A stretch of 24,000 nucleotides of DNA from Alteromonadaceae bacterium 2753L.S.0a.02 (lineage in GTDB: Bacteria; Pseudomonadota; Gammaproteobacteria; Pseudomonadales; Cellvibrionaceae), in the NCBI GenBank assembly GCA_007827375.1, contig VISH01000002.1, positions 1,366,045 through 1,390,044 of the forward strand, in the 5' to 3' direction. How positions within the stretch are numbered: position 1 is the stretch's first letter; the number at the start of each line of letters is the position of its first letter. The position numbers and the translations under genes were made by a program. Below, piece by piece: positions 1-9,028 of the stretch. The notes beneath the pieces were generated by a model, which saw nothing but the letters and a program-made list of their open reading frames with translations, ran no database searches and was not told the origin of the DNA.

Positions 1-885
1 GCCATTGATTTTCTAAAACATGTTAACGAACGAGTTTATAAGAATTTTCCAGATGCAATGATGGTTGCTGAGGAATCGACTGCATGGCCCGGGGTTTCCA
101 AGCCCACACATTTCGGTGGCCTGGGCTTTGGGTTCAAGTGGAATATGGGGTGGATGAATGACAGTTTGGAATACATTTCTAAAGAGCCGATTCATCGTCA
201 GTATCATCACCACGACATGACTTTTAGCTTGTATTACGCTTTCAGTGAAAATTTTATTTTACCGTTGAGTCATGATGAAGTTGTCCATGGGAAACGCTCA
301 ATCTTGGGGAGGATGCCCGGTGACAGCTGGCAGCAGTTTGCAAACTTGCGTGCTTATTATTCGTTTATGTGGACTCACCCAGGTAAGAAACTCCTCTTCA
401 TGGGAAGCGAATTTGCACAAGGCGCTGAATGGAATCACAACAACAGCCTCGATTGGCATCAACTGGAAATTGATGAGCATGCCAGCGTACAGCGTCTTAT
501 TACAGATTTAAATAAAGTATATGTAGCCACTCCGGCGCTATATGAATTAGACAGTGAGGGTTCCGGTTTCGAGTGGGTGGAGGCAGATGATCGACACAAC
601 TCGGTTTTTGTTTTTTACCGCAAGGCAAACGATGGCAAATCCAAAGTTCTCGTTGTATGTAACTTTACACCGGTAGTGCGTGAGTCGTATCGCGTGGGAG
701 TGAATGATCCGGGTGTATACACAGAAATATTGAATACTGATGATTCCCGTTACGGGGGTGGCAATATCGGCAATAAAAAGCCGATCGAATCCCAAGCCAA
801 AGACTGGCACTTTCGAGAGCATTCTATCGAAGTGACGATTCCACCTCTGGCAACCTTGATTTTTTCGTGCCAGGAATCTGAGTGA
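1..885 (+). CDS. glgB: 1,4-alpha-glucan (glycogen) branching enzyme, C-terminal 294 codons; 5' end lies upstream of the window
   Basis: Frame 1 is open from base 1 ([33 protein letters not shown]...), so the ATG at 58 is internal. GH13 branching-enzyme signatures [12 protein letters not shown] and [12 protein letters not shown] are present. The gene is followed by glgX-glgP-glgC-glgA. Confidence 0.95.
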   Translation, partial: AIDFLKHVNERVYKNFPDAMMVAEESTAWPGVSKPTHFGGLGFGFKWNMGWMNDSLEYISKEPIHRQYHHHDMTFSLYYAFSENFILPLSHDEVVHGKRSILGRMPGDSWQQFANLRAYYSFMWTHPGKKLLFMGSEFAQGAEWNHNNSLDWHQLEIDEHASVQRLITDLNKVYVATPALYELDSEGSGFEWVEADDRHNSVFVFYRKANDGKSKVLVVCNFTPVVRESYRVGVNDPGVYTEILNTDDSRYGGGNIGNKKPIESQAKDWHFREHSIEVTIPPLATLIFSCQESE

Positions 886-966
886 GCCCTATTGAAAATC
901 AGCATATTGCCCCTGAATTTGTCAGCACCAACGGCATGTTGCGACTAACGAAATTTGAGATAAGCA

Positions 967-3168
967 GTGAAAGTGGTTTTTAAAAATAAGCGTAATTTCA
1001 CTACAAAAGAGGGTAAGGCCTATCCCTTAGGTGCGACTGTGCTCGATAATGGAGTGAACTTCGCGCTGTTCTCAGGCAATGCAACGCGTGTCGATTTGTG
1101 TTTGTTTGATGAGGAAGATATTGAAGTTGCTCGGTTAAATTTAAAGGGACCGACAGAACAGGTATGGCATCTAATGGTTGAAGGTCTTGGCGCTGGCGCT
1201 AAATACGCGTATCGCGTGCATGGTGCTTTTGAGCCGGAAAACGGGCATCGCTTCAACGCAAAAAAACTGCTCCTCGATCCTTACGCCCGTAAGTTATCGG
1301 TTCCATTCGAATGGTCCAATAGTTTATACGCTTATGAATTGGAAAACGCCAAGCTCGATTTAAACGCGAGTAAGTCCGATAGCGCCGCTTCTCTACCTAA
1401 GTGTGTCGTCGTAGATGAGCGTAGCCGCGCCCAATCTGGGGAGCAGGGTCGTCCCCATAAGCCGAGAGTAGCCTGGTGTGATACTGTGCTCTACGAGTGC
1501 CATGTTAAGGGTTTTACCAAACTGCATCCGGCAGTGAGTGACGCTCACAAAGGGACTTTCGCTGGCATGATGCATCCAGAGGTTATTGGGTATCTTAAAG
1601 ATCTCGGCGTCACAACTGTAGAGTTATTGCCTGTTCATCAATTTGTATCGGAATATTTTCTAATCGGCAATAGCCTGAGTAATTATTGGGGTTACAACAC
1701 GCTCTGTTTCTTTGCTGTGCACCCAAGTTATTTAAGTCAGGGCGACATCAGTGAGTTTCGCGAAATGGTGGATGCCTATCACGAGGCCGGGCTCGAAGTT
1801 GTTTTAGATGTTGTTTATAACCATACAGCTGAGGGCAATCAGCTTGGCCCCACCTTGAGTTTGCGGGGTATAGACAACATTTCTTATTACTCGCTGCAGG
1901 CTCACGACAAGCGTTACTACGTTAATGATACTGGTTGTGGCAACACTTTAAATTTAAAACACCCTCGGGTTTTGCAGTTGGTTATGGATAGCCTGCGCTA
2001 TTGGTACTGTGATGTGGGGGTTGATGGTTTCCGATTTGATCTGGCAACCGTTTTGGGGCGTGAATCCTATGGGTTTGATTCTGGAGCAGGTTTCCTCGAT
2101 GCAGTGAGGCAAGATCCACACCTCGCAGGCTGTAAGCTAATTGCAGAACCATGGGACATCGGGCCTGGGGGGTATCAGCTGGGCAATTTTCCCAGTGGCT
2201 GGAGTGAGTGGAACGACCGCTATCGTGACACTTGCCGGCGCTACTGGCGCGGAGATCGCGGTATCGTTCCCGAGTTCGCCCGTCGTATTCACGGCAGCTC
2301 CGATTTTTTTGAATATTCCGGAAGAGGTCCGGCCGCCAGCATAAATTTTATCACCAGTCACGATGGCTTTACGCTCCACGATTTAGTGACCTACAACCAA
2401 AAACATAACGAACTTAACAAAGAGGAAAACCGCGACGGTCACAACGGTAATTTCAGCTATAACTATGGTGAAGAGGGGGAAACCAAAGATCCCTGGCTTT
2501 TGAATTTAAGGTTGCGCCAAAAGCGGAATATGTTGGCGACACTGATTCTTTCACAAGGAACACCGATGATACTCGGCGGCGATGAAATGAATCGTTCGCA
2601 AAAAGGTAACAATAACGCCTATTGCCAGGACAATTCGCTCAATTGGGTGGCGTGGGATAGCATTGATCGTGTTGCTAAAGATCTTCAGGGCTTCGTAAGC
2701 TATGTATTGTCATTAAGACGTAAATATCCACTACTCACGGCCAAACGCTACATTCATCGCCCCGATGAGCCAGATAACGAAGTCAAATGTGTGGTGCGCT
2801 GGGTAAATTCACTGGGTTCCGATATGGCGGAAAGTGAATGGAATAATCAAGACCTTAAAGCTTTTGGATGGATACTGGAGCAATATCCGGTGTTTTGTCG
2901 TATTTTCCCTGACGATGCAGAAAGTGATTCACTGTTTGTAGAGCAGGAAAAAAGCCGTATTTTGATTCTCTTTAATTCTGGCGAAGGGGATTTAGTGTTC
3001 AAAGTTCCCATTGGTACCCCCGATGCAGATGGTATTGAAGCCAATTATTGGGATTGCGTGCTCGACACCTATGAAAGCGATGGAATCCCCAAAACACTGA
3101 TTCAAAAACGGGGTGGCAAGGTGTTGCTCCGGGCTCGCTCGATGCAAATGTTGATCGCGAAATTTTAG
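967..3168 (+). CDS. glgX: glycogen debranching enzyme (GH13 isoamylase-type, GlgX)
   Basis: 733-aa ORF collinear with E. coli GlgX. Conserved GH13 regions are YWGYN, DVVYNHT, GFRFDLA (nucleophile Asp), AEPWD (acid/base Glu), ITSHDGFTL and NNAYCQDN. The GTG start at 967 is the first start in the ORF, so the exact start is uncertain. Confidence 0.93.
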   Translation: MKVVFKNKRNFTTKEGKAYPLGATVLDNGVNFALFSGNATRVDLCLFDEEDIEVARLNLKGPTEQVWHLMVEGLGAGAKYAYRVHGAFEPENGHRFNAKKLLLDPYARKLSVPFEWSNSLYAYELENAKLDLNASKSDSAASLPKCVVVDERSRAQSGEQGRPHKPRVAWCDTVLYECHVKGFTKLHPAVSDAHKGTFAGMMHPEVIGYLKDLGVTTVELLPVHQFVSEYFLIGNSLSNYWGYNTLCFFAVHPSYLSQGDISEFREMVDAYHEAGLEVVLDVVYNHTAEGNQLGPTLSLRGIDNISYYSLQAHDKRYYVNDTGCGNTLNLKHPRVLQLVMDSLRYWYCDVGVDGFRFDLATVLGRESYGFDSGAGFLDAVRQDPHLAGCKLIAEPWDIGPGGYQLGNFPSGWSEWNDRYRDTCRRYWRGDRGIVPEFARRIHGSSDFFEYSGRGPAASINFITSHDGFTLHDLVTYNQKHNELNKEENRDGHNGNFSYNYGEEGETKDPWLLNLRLRQKRNMLATLILSQGTPMILGGDEMNRSQKGNNNAYCQDNSLNWVAWDSIDRVAKDLQGFVSYVLSLRRKYPLLTAKRYIHRPDEPDNEVKCVVRWVNSLGSDMAESEWNNQDLKAFGWILEQYPVFCRIFPDDAESDSLFVEQEKSRILILFNSGEGDLVFKVPIGTPDADGIEANYWDCVLDTYESDGIPKTLIQKRGGKVLLRARSMQMLIAKF

Positions 3169-3208
3169 CAATACGAGATTATTCTCTATAAATCGTGAGG
3201 AAGGTGTT

Positions 3209-5659
3209 ATGGAATCAAAATATATTAAACCTGTTCTCAGTAATGATCACGAAGAAGTCAAAGACGACCTTCATCGGCATTTCAATTTTACCTTAGGGCG
3301 CTTTGATACCGATGATATCAGCGGCTATATGCTGACGGCTTTAGCATTGACTGTGCGTGATCGATTGATGGAGCGGTGGCGTATAACCAAGTCTCACGAA
3401 ACGGGAGCAAAGATTCGCAAAGTCTATTATCTATCGTTGGAGTTTTTGCTGGGGCGTAGTCTTGGCAATGCCATTTTGAATTTGAACATGCAGGATTCTG
3501 TACGGCAGGCGCTGGGTGATTTTAGCTGCGTGCTAGAAAATATCGAAATGGATGAAAAGGACGCGGGCCTGGGCAACGGTGGTCTTGGACGGTTGGCGGC
3601 GTGCTTTATGGATTCCTGTGCAACCCTGGCTTTGCCGGTTATTGGCTATGGGATTCGCTACGAGTACGGCATGTTTCAGCAAAGCTTTGTGGAAGGGCGC
3701 CAAGTGGAACAACCTGATCACTGGCTAATTGCTGGTAACCCCTGGGAAATTGAGCGACCTGGGCATTCCCAGGTGGTGCGTTTTTACGGGCGTTCTGAAT
3801 ATTACACTAATCACTTGGGGCGCAGTTGTGTGCGTTGGATAGACACTCAGAATGTGCTAGCCGTGCCTTACGACATGCCAATTCCAGGCTATAAGAACGA
3901 CAAAGTCAATACCTTGCGTTTGTGGAAAGCTGCAGCAACAGAGGAATTTAATCTTCAGGAATTCAACGAAGGTGATTATGCTGACGCTGTGGCGCAAAAA
4001 AATCTCGCTGAGCAAATTACCATGGTGCTCTATCCCAATGATGCCAGTGAGAACGGTAAGGAATTACGTTTACGACAGCAATATTTCTTGGCGTCTGCCA
4101 GTTTGCAGGATGTGATAGCAGATTGGATAAAAGAACACGGATCAGATCTTAGTGATTTCGCCAAATACAACTGCTTCCAACTAAATGATACTCACCCCAC
4201 TTTAGCGGTCGCGGAACTTATGCGATTGCTGGTCGATGTGCATGGTCTCGAATGGGATGACGCTTGGCAAATTACCTGCGACACCATGGCGTACACCAAT
4301 CATACGTTGTTGCCTGAAGCCTTGGAGCGTTGGTCGGTCCACTTAATGGGGGAATTGTTACCTCGCCTGTTGGATATCATCTATGAAATCAATGCGCGTT
4401 TTCTCGCAGTGGTCGCTCACAAATGGCCTGGTGATGTCGCTCGGCAGCAGCGCATGTCTCTTATCGAAGAAGGAGAGCATCCCCAGGTGCGCATGGCTTA
4501 TCTTGCCATCGTGGGAAGTTTTTCTGTAAATGGTGTGGCCGAGCTGCATTCTAGACTGTTAACAACGGGATTATTTAGAGATTTTTATGAACTGTGGCCA
4601 GAAAAATTTAACAATAAAACGAACGGTGTGACTCCACGACGCTGGTTGGCACACTGTAACCGTGGCTTGGGTGATTTACTTACAGAAATTATTGGCGGAG
4701 AGTGGAAAACGAATCTTGCACTCGTCGAAAAACTAACACCATATGCGGATGATCCAGAATTTCAAGCTCGCTGGGAGCAGGTAAAACAAAATAACAAAGA
4801 GCGCTTACGCGAACGCGTCGTGCAAAAATGTGGTGTGGATTTCGATCCGCAAAGTTTGTTTGATGTTCAGGTTAAACGAATACACGAATATAAACGTCAA
4901 CTCCTTAATATTCTGCACGTGATCCACCTCTACGATCGAATAACACGTGGTGACACAGTTGGTATGGTGCCTCGTTCGGTATTGCTTGGTGGTAAAGCCG
5001 CACCTGGTTATGCATTGGCGAAGCTTATTATTAAGCTGGCGAACAATGTTGCCAAAGTTATTAATTCTGATAAGGCCGTAACTCCATGGCTAAAAATGGC
5101 CTTCCTGCCAAATTATCGGGTTAAATCCATGGAGACCATTTGCCCCGCTGCCGATCTTTCTGAGCAAATTTCTACAGCGGGAAAAGAGGCTTCTGGCACG
5201 GGTAACATGAAATTCATGATGAACGGTGCCCTAACAATTGGGACCTACGACGGCGCTAATATTGAAATATTGGATGCAGTTGGGGAGGAGCACTTCTTTC
5301 TTTTTGGCTTACGTGTTGAGGATATTCCAGAATTCAGGCTCCATAATGATCCTAACCACATCATTGAAAAAGATGAGGATTTAAAGAGAGTAATGCGTTT
5401 AATTGAATGCGGTCATTTTAGCATGTTCGAACCTGGAATATTCGAACCGATTATTCGTTCGATTCGTAACCCCATGGACCCGTGGATGGTCGCCGCCGAT
5501 TTTAGAAGTTACGTTGATGCGCAAAAGCAAGTTGCTGAAGCCTATACCAATCGCAGCAGTTGGTTGCGTTCCAGTATTTTGAATACCGCCGCCAGTGGGT
5601 ACTTTTCCAGCGATAGAACCATCTCTGACTACGCCCGCGAAATTTGGAAATTAAAATAA
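3209..5659 (+). CDS. glgP: glycogen/maltodextrin phosphorylase (GT35)
   Basis: 816-aa ORF. It carries the PLP-lysine motif EASGTGNMKFMMNGALTIGTYDGANIE and the N-terminal LGNGGLGRLAACFMDS motif. A strong SD GAGGAAGG (3197-3204) lies 4 nt before the ATG. Confidence 0.96.
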   Translation: MESKYIKPVLSNDHEEVKDDLHRHFNFTLGRFDTDDISGYMLTALALTVRDRLMERWRITKSHETGAKIRKVYYLSLEFLLGRSLGNAILNLNMQDSVRQALGDFSCVLENIEMDEKDAGLGNGGLGRLAACFMDSCATLALPVIGYGIRYEYGMFQQSFVEGRQVEQPDHWLIAGNPWEIERPGHSQVVRFYGRSEYYTNHLGRSCVRWIDTQNVLAVPYDMPIPGYKNDKVNTLRLWKAAATEEFNLQEFNEGDYADAVAQKNLAEQITMVLYPNDASENGKELRLRQQYFLASASLQDVIADWIKEHGSDLSDFAKYNCFQLNDTHPTLAVAELMRLLVDVHGLEWDDAWQITCDTMAYTNHTLLPEALERWSVHLMGELLPRLLDIIYEINARFLAVVAHKWPGDVARQQRMSLIEEGEHPQVRMAYLAIVGSFSVNGVAELHSRLLTTGLFRDFYELWPEKFNNKTNGVTPRRWLAHCNRGLGDLLTEIIGGEWKTNLALVEKLTPYADDPEFQARWEQVKQNNKERLRERVVQKCGVDFDPQSLFDVQVKRIHEYKRQLLNILHVIHLYDRITRGDTVGMVPRSVLLGGKAAPGYALAKLIIKLANNVAKVINSDKAVTPWLKMAFLPNYRVKSMETICPAADLSEQISTAGKEASGTGNMKFMMNGALTIGTYDGANIEILDAVGEEHFFLFGLRVEDIPEFRLHNDPNHIIEKDEDLKRVMRLIECGHFSMFEPGIFEPIIRSIRNPMDPWMVAADFRSYVDAQKQVAEAYTNRSSWLRSSILNTAASGYFSSDRTISDYAREIWKLK

Positions 5660-5741
5660 ATATTAAACCTACTAGTTAGATGAATACCAGCGCAGCTAAG
5701 TTGATTAGAGGTTCCCTAACTAACACTATTGGAGGAAGCCG

Positions 5742-7004
5742 ATGTTAGACCCGAACTCCCGTTATGTAAGTCGTCTCACCCGCGACACAATGGCACTGAT
5801 TCTCGCCGGTGGTCGTGGCAGCCGCTTGCATGAACTCACGGATTGGCGCGCGAAACCAGCGCTTCATTTTGGAGGTAAATTTCGTATTATCGATTTTCCT
5901 CTGTCGAATTGTGTTAACTCAGGGATAAGGCGCATAGGAGTGCTCACTCAGTACAAAGCGCATTCGCTTATTCGGCACTTGGTGCGTGGCTGGAGTCACT
6001 TTAAAAAGGAACTCGGAGAATATGTTGAGATTCTGCCCGCGTCGCAGCGATATTCTCCCAACTGGTACCAGGGAACTGCGGATGCTATTTACCAGAATCT
6101 CGATATCATTCTGGATGAGGCACCTAAATATGTCATGGTGTTATCAGGGGACCACGTTTATCAAATGGACTATGGGTCAATGCTGGCCTATCACGTTGAA
6201 AGTGGCGCAGACCTAACAGTGTCTTGTATCGAGGTACCCATCGAGGAAGCAGCTGGTGCGTTTGGGGTTATGACGGTTGATAATCAGAATCGCATTTTGC
6301 GCTTTGATGAAAAGCCCAAGAACCCATCTGAATTACCCGATCAGAAAGGCATGACCTTGGCATCAATGGGGAATTATATTTTTAATACTGAATTTCTTTT
6401 TGAACAATTGCGTCAAGACGCCGAAGATCCGGATTCTGAACACGACTTCGGTAAAAATATTATCCCAAAGATTATTAAAAATAGTAACGTTCTGGCTTAT
6501 CGCTTTCGTGATCACGATACTGATCAAGCCTCCTATTGGCGTGATGTAGGTACTTTGGATTCGTTTTGGCAGGCTAATATGGAGCTGGTTGAGCCATCGC
6601 CGGCATTGAATCTCTACAATCACGACTGGCCAATTTGGACTTATCAGACCCATTTGCCACCTGCTAAGTTTGTGTTTAACGACGATGACCGTCGTGGCTA
6701 TGCGGTCGACTCCATGGTATCGGGTGGTTGCGTAATTTCTGGAGGTAAAATAAATAAGTCGCTTCTATTTTCCGATGTACATGTCCATTCTTTCACTGAT
6801 ATAGAGCAATCTGTGATATTACCCGAAGCTGAAATTCATCGTAGCGCGAAAATTAAGCGAGCAATTATTGATAGTGCCTGTAAGATTCCCGAAGGTATGG
6901 TGATCGGCCACGATCATGAGCACGATGCTGCGCGTGGCTTTCGGGTTACAAAAAAAGGTGTTGTGTTGGTAACGCGTGAAATGCTCGGTCAACAGCGCCC
7001 CTAA
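5742..7004 (+). CDS. glgC: glucose-1-phosphate adenylyltransferase (ADP-glucose pyrophosphorylase)
   Basis: 420-aa ORF. N-terminal motif [42 protein letters not shown], a WYQGTADA motif and a C-terminal left-handed beta-helix region. SD GGAGGAAG at 5731-5738. Confidence 0.96.
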   Translation: MLDPNSRYVSRLTRDTMALILAGGRGSRLHELTDWRAKPALHFGGKFRIIDFPLSNCVNSGIRRIGVLTQYKAHSLIRHLVRGWSHFKKELGEYVEILPASQRYSPNWYQGTADAIYQNLDIILDEAPKYVMVLSGDHVYQMDYGSMLAYHVESGADLTVSCIEVPIEEAAGAFGVMTVDNQNRILRFDEKPKNPSELPDQKGMTLASMGNYIFNTEFLFEQLRQDAEDPDSEHDFGKNIIPKIIKNSNVLAYRFRDHDTDQASYWRDVGTLDSFWQANMELVEPSPALNLYNHDWPIWTYQTHLPPAKFVFNDDDRRGYAVDSMVSGGCVISGGKINKSLLFSDVHVHSFTDIEQSVILPEAEIHRSAKIKRAIIDSACKIPEGMVIGHDHEHDAARGFRVTKKGVVLVTREMLGQQRP

Positions 7005-7079
7005 AGAATTATATGAATCTAAAAATGAAACCCATTCGCTGGGTTTGGCAGATGAAGTTTTTTGTAGTAAGACGTTTCA

Positions 7080-8636
7080 ATGAATAACAATAAAAGAATC
7101 CTAATGGTTGCCGCGGAAAATGATGCGCTTCGTGGCGCGAAGGTTGGCGGCGTGGGCGATGTGTTGCGTGATTTACCTAAAGCCTTGGCTGAGCAGGGGG
7201 CTACATTAGATGTGGTGCTACCGTCCTACGGCTTTCTGGCGCGGCTTCCGGGCGTGGAAATACGCAATGAATTTGATATTGTTTTCTCTGGAAAACGGGA
7301 GCGCGTTAAATTAATGCTCGCCTCCCAATCGCAAGGAGTTTCTAATTGGATTCTGCATCATCCTGCATTTTCGCCACAAGGTGATAAGGTTTACTGTAAC
7401 GATGAGTTTCAACCCTTTGCTACAGACGCTACCAAATTTGCGTTTTTTTGCCTCGCCGTAGCCGAGGCGTTAAAGCAAGGCGTTCTTCCCCGGCCGGACG
7501 TGCTTCACTGTCACGATTGGCACGCGGCCTTTCTGCTTGTTTTAATTCAATTCGCCAGTGAATACGCCGACTTGGCAATGATAAAAACGGTTTTCACAAT
7601 ACACAATTTGGCTATGCAGGGGGTGCGCCCTTTCAAGCATGATGCCTCATCACTCGAAGCCTGGTACCCAACCTTGCATTACAATGGTGTGGAGATTTGT
7701 GATATCGCAAATCCGTTTTGTTTTAATCCAATGCGAGCAGCAATTCGCTTAGCAGACAAAGTTCACACAGTTTCACCAACCTACGCTGAAGAAATTTTAC
7801 GTCCCAGTGATCACAATCTGGGTATTTACGGCGGCGAAGGTCTTGAGGCGGACCTGCGAGCACGGCATGCGACCGGTGATTTAATCGGTATTATCAATGG
7901 CTGCGAGTATCCCAAAGGAGCACGATATGCCGACCCCGCAAAGAAAAAAGTACTCGCCCTTGCGCAGGAGAGCCTGGCGCAGTGGGCAAGTAAAACGCGA
8001 CAATTGCTGAGCGCACATTTCGTTGCCGAAAAGCGCCTACAACATTGGGCGCTTAAAAAGACGCGGGGTTTAACGCTTACCTTTGTTGGGCGGTTGACAG
8101 AGCAAAAGGTCAGGTTATTCGAAACGCCGGTTGCAAATGGTGGATCGGCGTTACAGACGATATTAGATTTGTTGGGTGAGCACGGACAGATCATATTCTT
8201 GGGAAGCGGTGACGCTTATTACGAAGATTTCCTGGTGGAGCTGAGCGGCAACAATGAGAATTTTATTTTTTTAAACGGCTATGCTCAGGAATTATCGCTT
8301 TTACTGTACCGCTATGGTGATTTGTTTTTAATGCCGAGTTCTTTTGAGCCCTGTGGGATCAGTCAGATGCTGGCGATGCGTGCCAGTCAGCCTTGTCTGG
8401 TGAATGCAGTAGGGGGCTTACGTGATACTGTGGAGCACAATAAAACCGGTTTTTGCTTCGGTGGAACCAATGTGAATGCGCAAGCTGATGCACTTGTTTC
8501 AGAGTTTTCTCGCATTCTGGCGCTTTATCTGGAAGATCCCAAGCCTCTCAAGGATGTCGCTGCAGCGGCTTCGGAAGTGCGGTTTTTGTGGGATGAAGTT
8601 GCTAAAAACTATTTAGAACAGTTGTATACCGACTAA
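7080..8636 (+). CDS. glgA: glycogen (starch) synthase, GT5 family, long form (518 aa)
   Basis: N-terminal K-x-G-G motif appears as AKVGGVGDV. The GT-B C-terminal motif is PSSFEPCGISQMLAM...GGLRDTV. Last enzyme gene of the glg cluster. There is no clear SD before 7080, and the in-frame ATG at 7104 is an alternative start. Confidence 0.9.
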   Translation: MNNNKRILMVAAENDALRGAKVGGVGDVLRDLPKALAEQGATLDVVLPSYGFLARLPGVEIRNEFDIVFSGKRERVKLMLASQSQGVSNWILHHPAFSPQGDKVYCNDEFQPFATDATKFAFFCLAVAEALKQGVLPRPDVLHCHDWHAAFLLVLIQFASEYADLAMIKTVFTIHNLAMQGVRPFKHDASSLEAWYPTLHYNGVEICDIANPFCFNPMRAAIRLADKVHTVSPTYAEEILRPSDHNLGIYGGEGLEADLRARHATGDLIGIINGCEYPKGARYADPAKKKVLALAQESLAQWASKTRQLLSAHFVAEKRLQHWALKKTRGLTLTFVGRLTEQKVRLFETPVANGGSALQTILDLLGEHGQIIFLGSGDAYYEDFLVELSGNNENFIFLNGYAQELSLLLYRYGDLFLMPSSFEPCGISQMLAMRASQPCLVNAVGGLRDTVEHNKTGFCFGGTNVNAQADALVSEFSRILALYLEDPKPLKDVAAAASEVRFLWDEVAKNYLEQLYTD

Positions 8637-8655
8637 AAATATTATGGGGGTTATA

Positions 8656-9018
8656 ATGCGTAAACTGTTGGTGTGTCTGGTGTTTATAAGTTTGGTGGCA
8701 GGGTGCTCGCAACCAAGTGAGTTGCACAAATCTATGGAAACCATGGGTGATGCGTTCAAAGCTATGCGCAAGGAACCGAGCCTTGAAATGTTTTCCAAAG
8801 AGCTACCTGCTTTTACCGAAGCGTTAAGTATCGCTAAAGCACAAGCTGTGAAACCAGAGCATCAGGAGCGCTTCGATGAGGGCATGAAGGAAATCGAAAC
8901 CGTGCTTACATCATTCCAGATTGCTGTTTCAACTGGTGATTTGGAGCAGGCGACAGATGCGCTGAAAAAATTGGGAGATACCCGTAAAAAGTTTCACGAA
9001 GAGCTTGGCGTTAAATAA
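8656..9018 (+). CDS. cytochrome b562-family four-helix-bundle protein with lipoprotein signal peptide
   Basis: The ORF opens at 8644, but ATG 8656 is preceded by GGGGG at SD distance and gives MRKLLVCLVFISLVAGC, a signal peptide with lipobox VAG|C. The mature part aligns by eye with E. coli CybC: SMETMGDAFKAM vs NMETLNDNLKVI (axial Met) and LKKLGDTRKKFHEE vs LKTTRNAYHQKY (axial His). Confidence 0.7.
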   Translation: MRKLLVCLVFISLVAGCSQPSELHKSMETMGDAFKAMRKEPSLEMFSKELPAFTEALSIAKAQAVKPEHQERFDEGMKEIETVLTSFQIAVSTGDLEQATDALKKLGDTRKKFHEELGVK

Positions 9019-9028
9019 ACTTTTAATC

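Noticed and set aside
5673-5738. The glgC leader was considered as a CsrA-regulated leader. It has a 7-bp inverted repeat TAGTTAG/CTAACTA (5673-5679 / 5716-5722) and GGAGGA at the SD.
   Set aside because: The only GGA motifs are the SD itself. The stem is AU-rich with a 36-nt loop, and there is no GGA in a hairpin loop. That is not enough to claim CsrA control, although such control is known for E. coli glgC.
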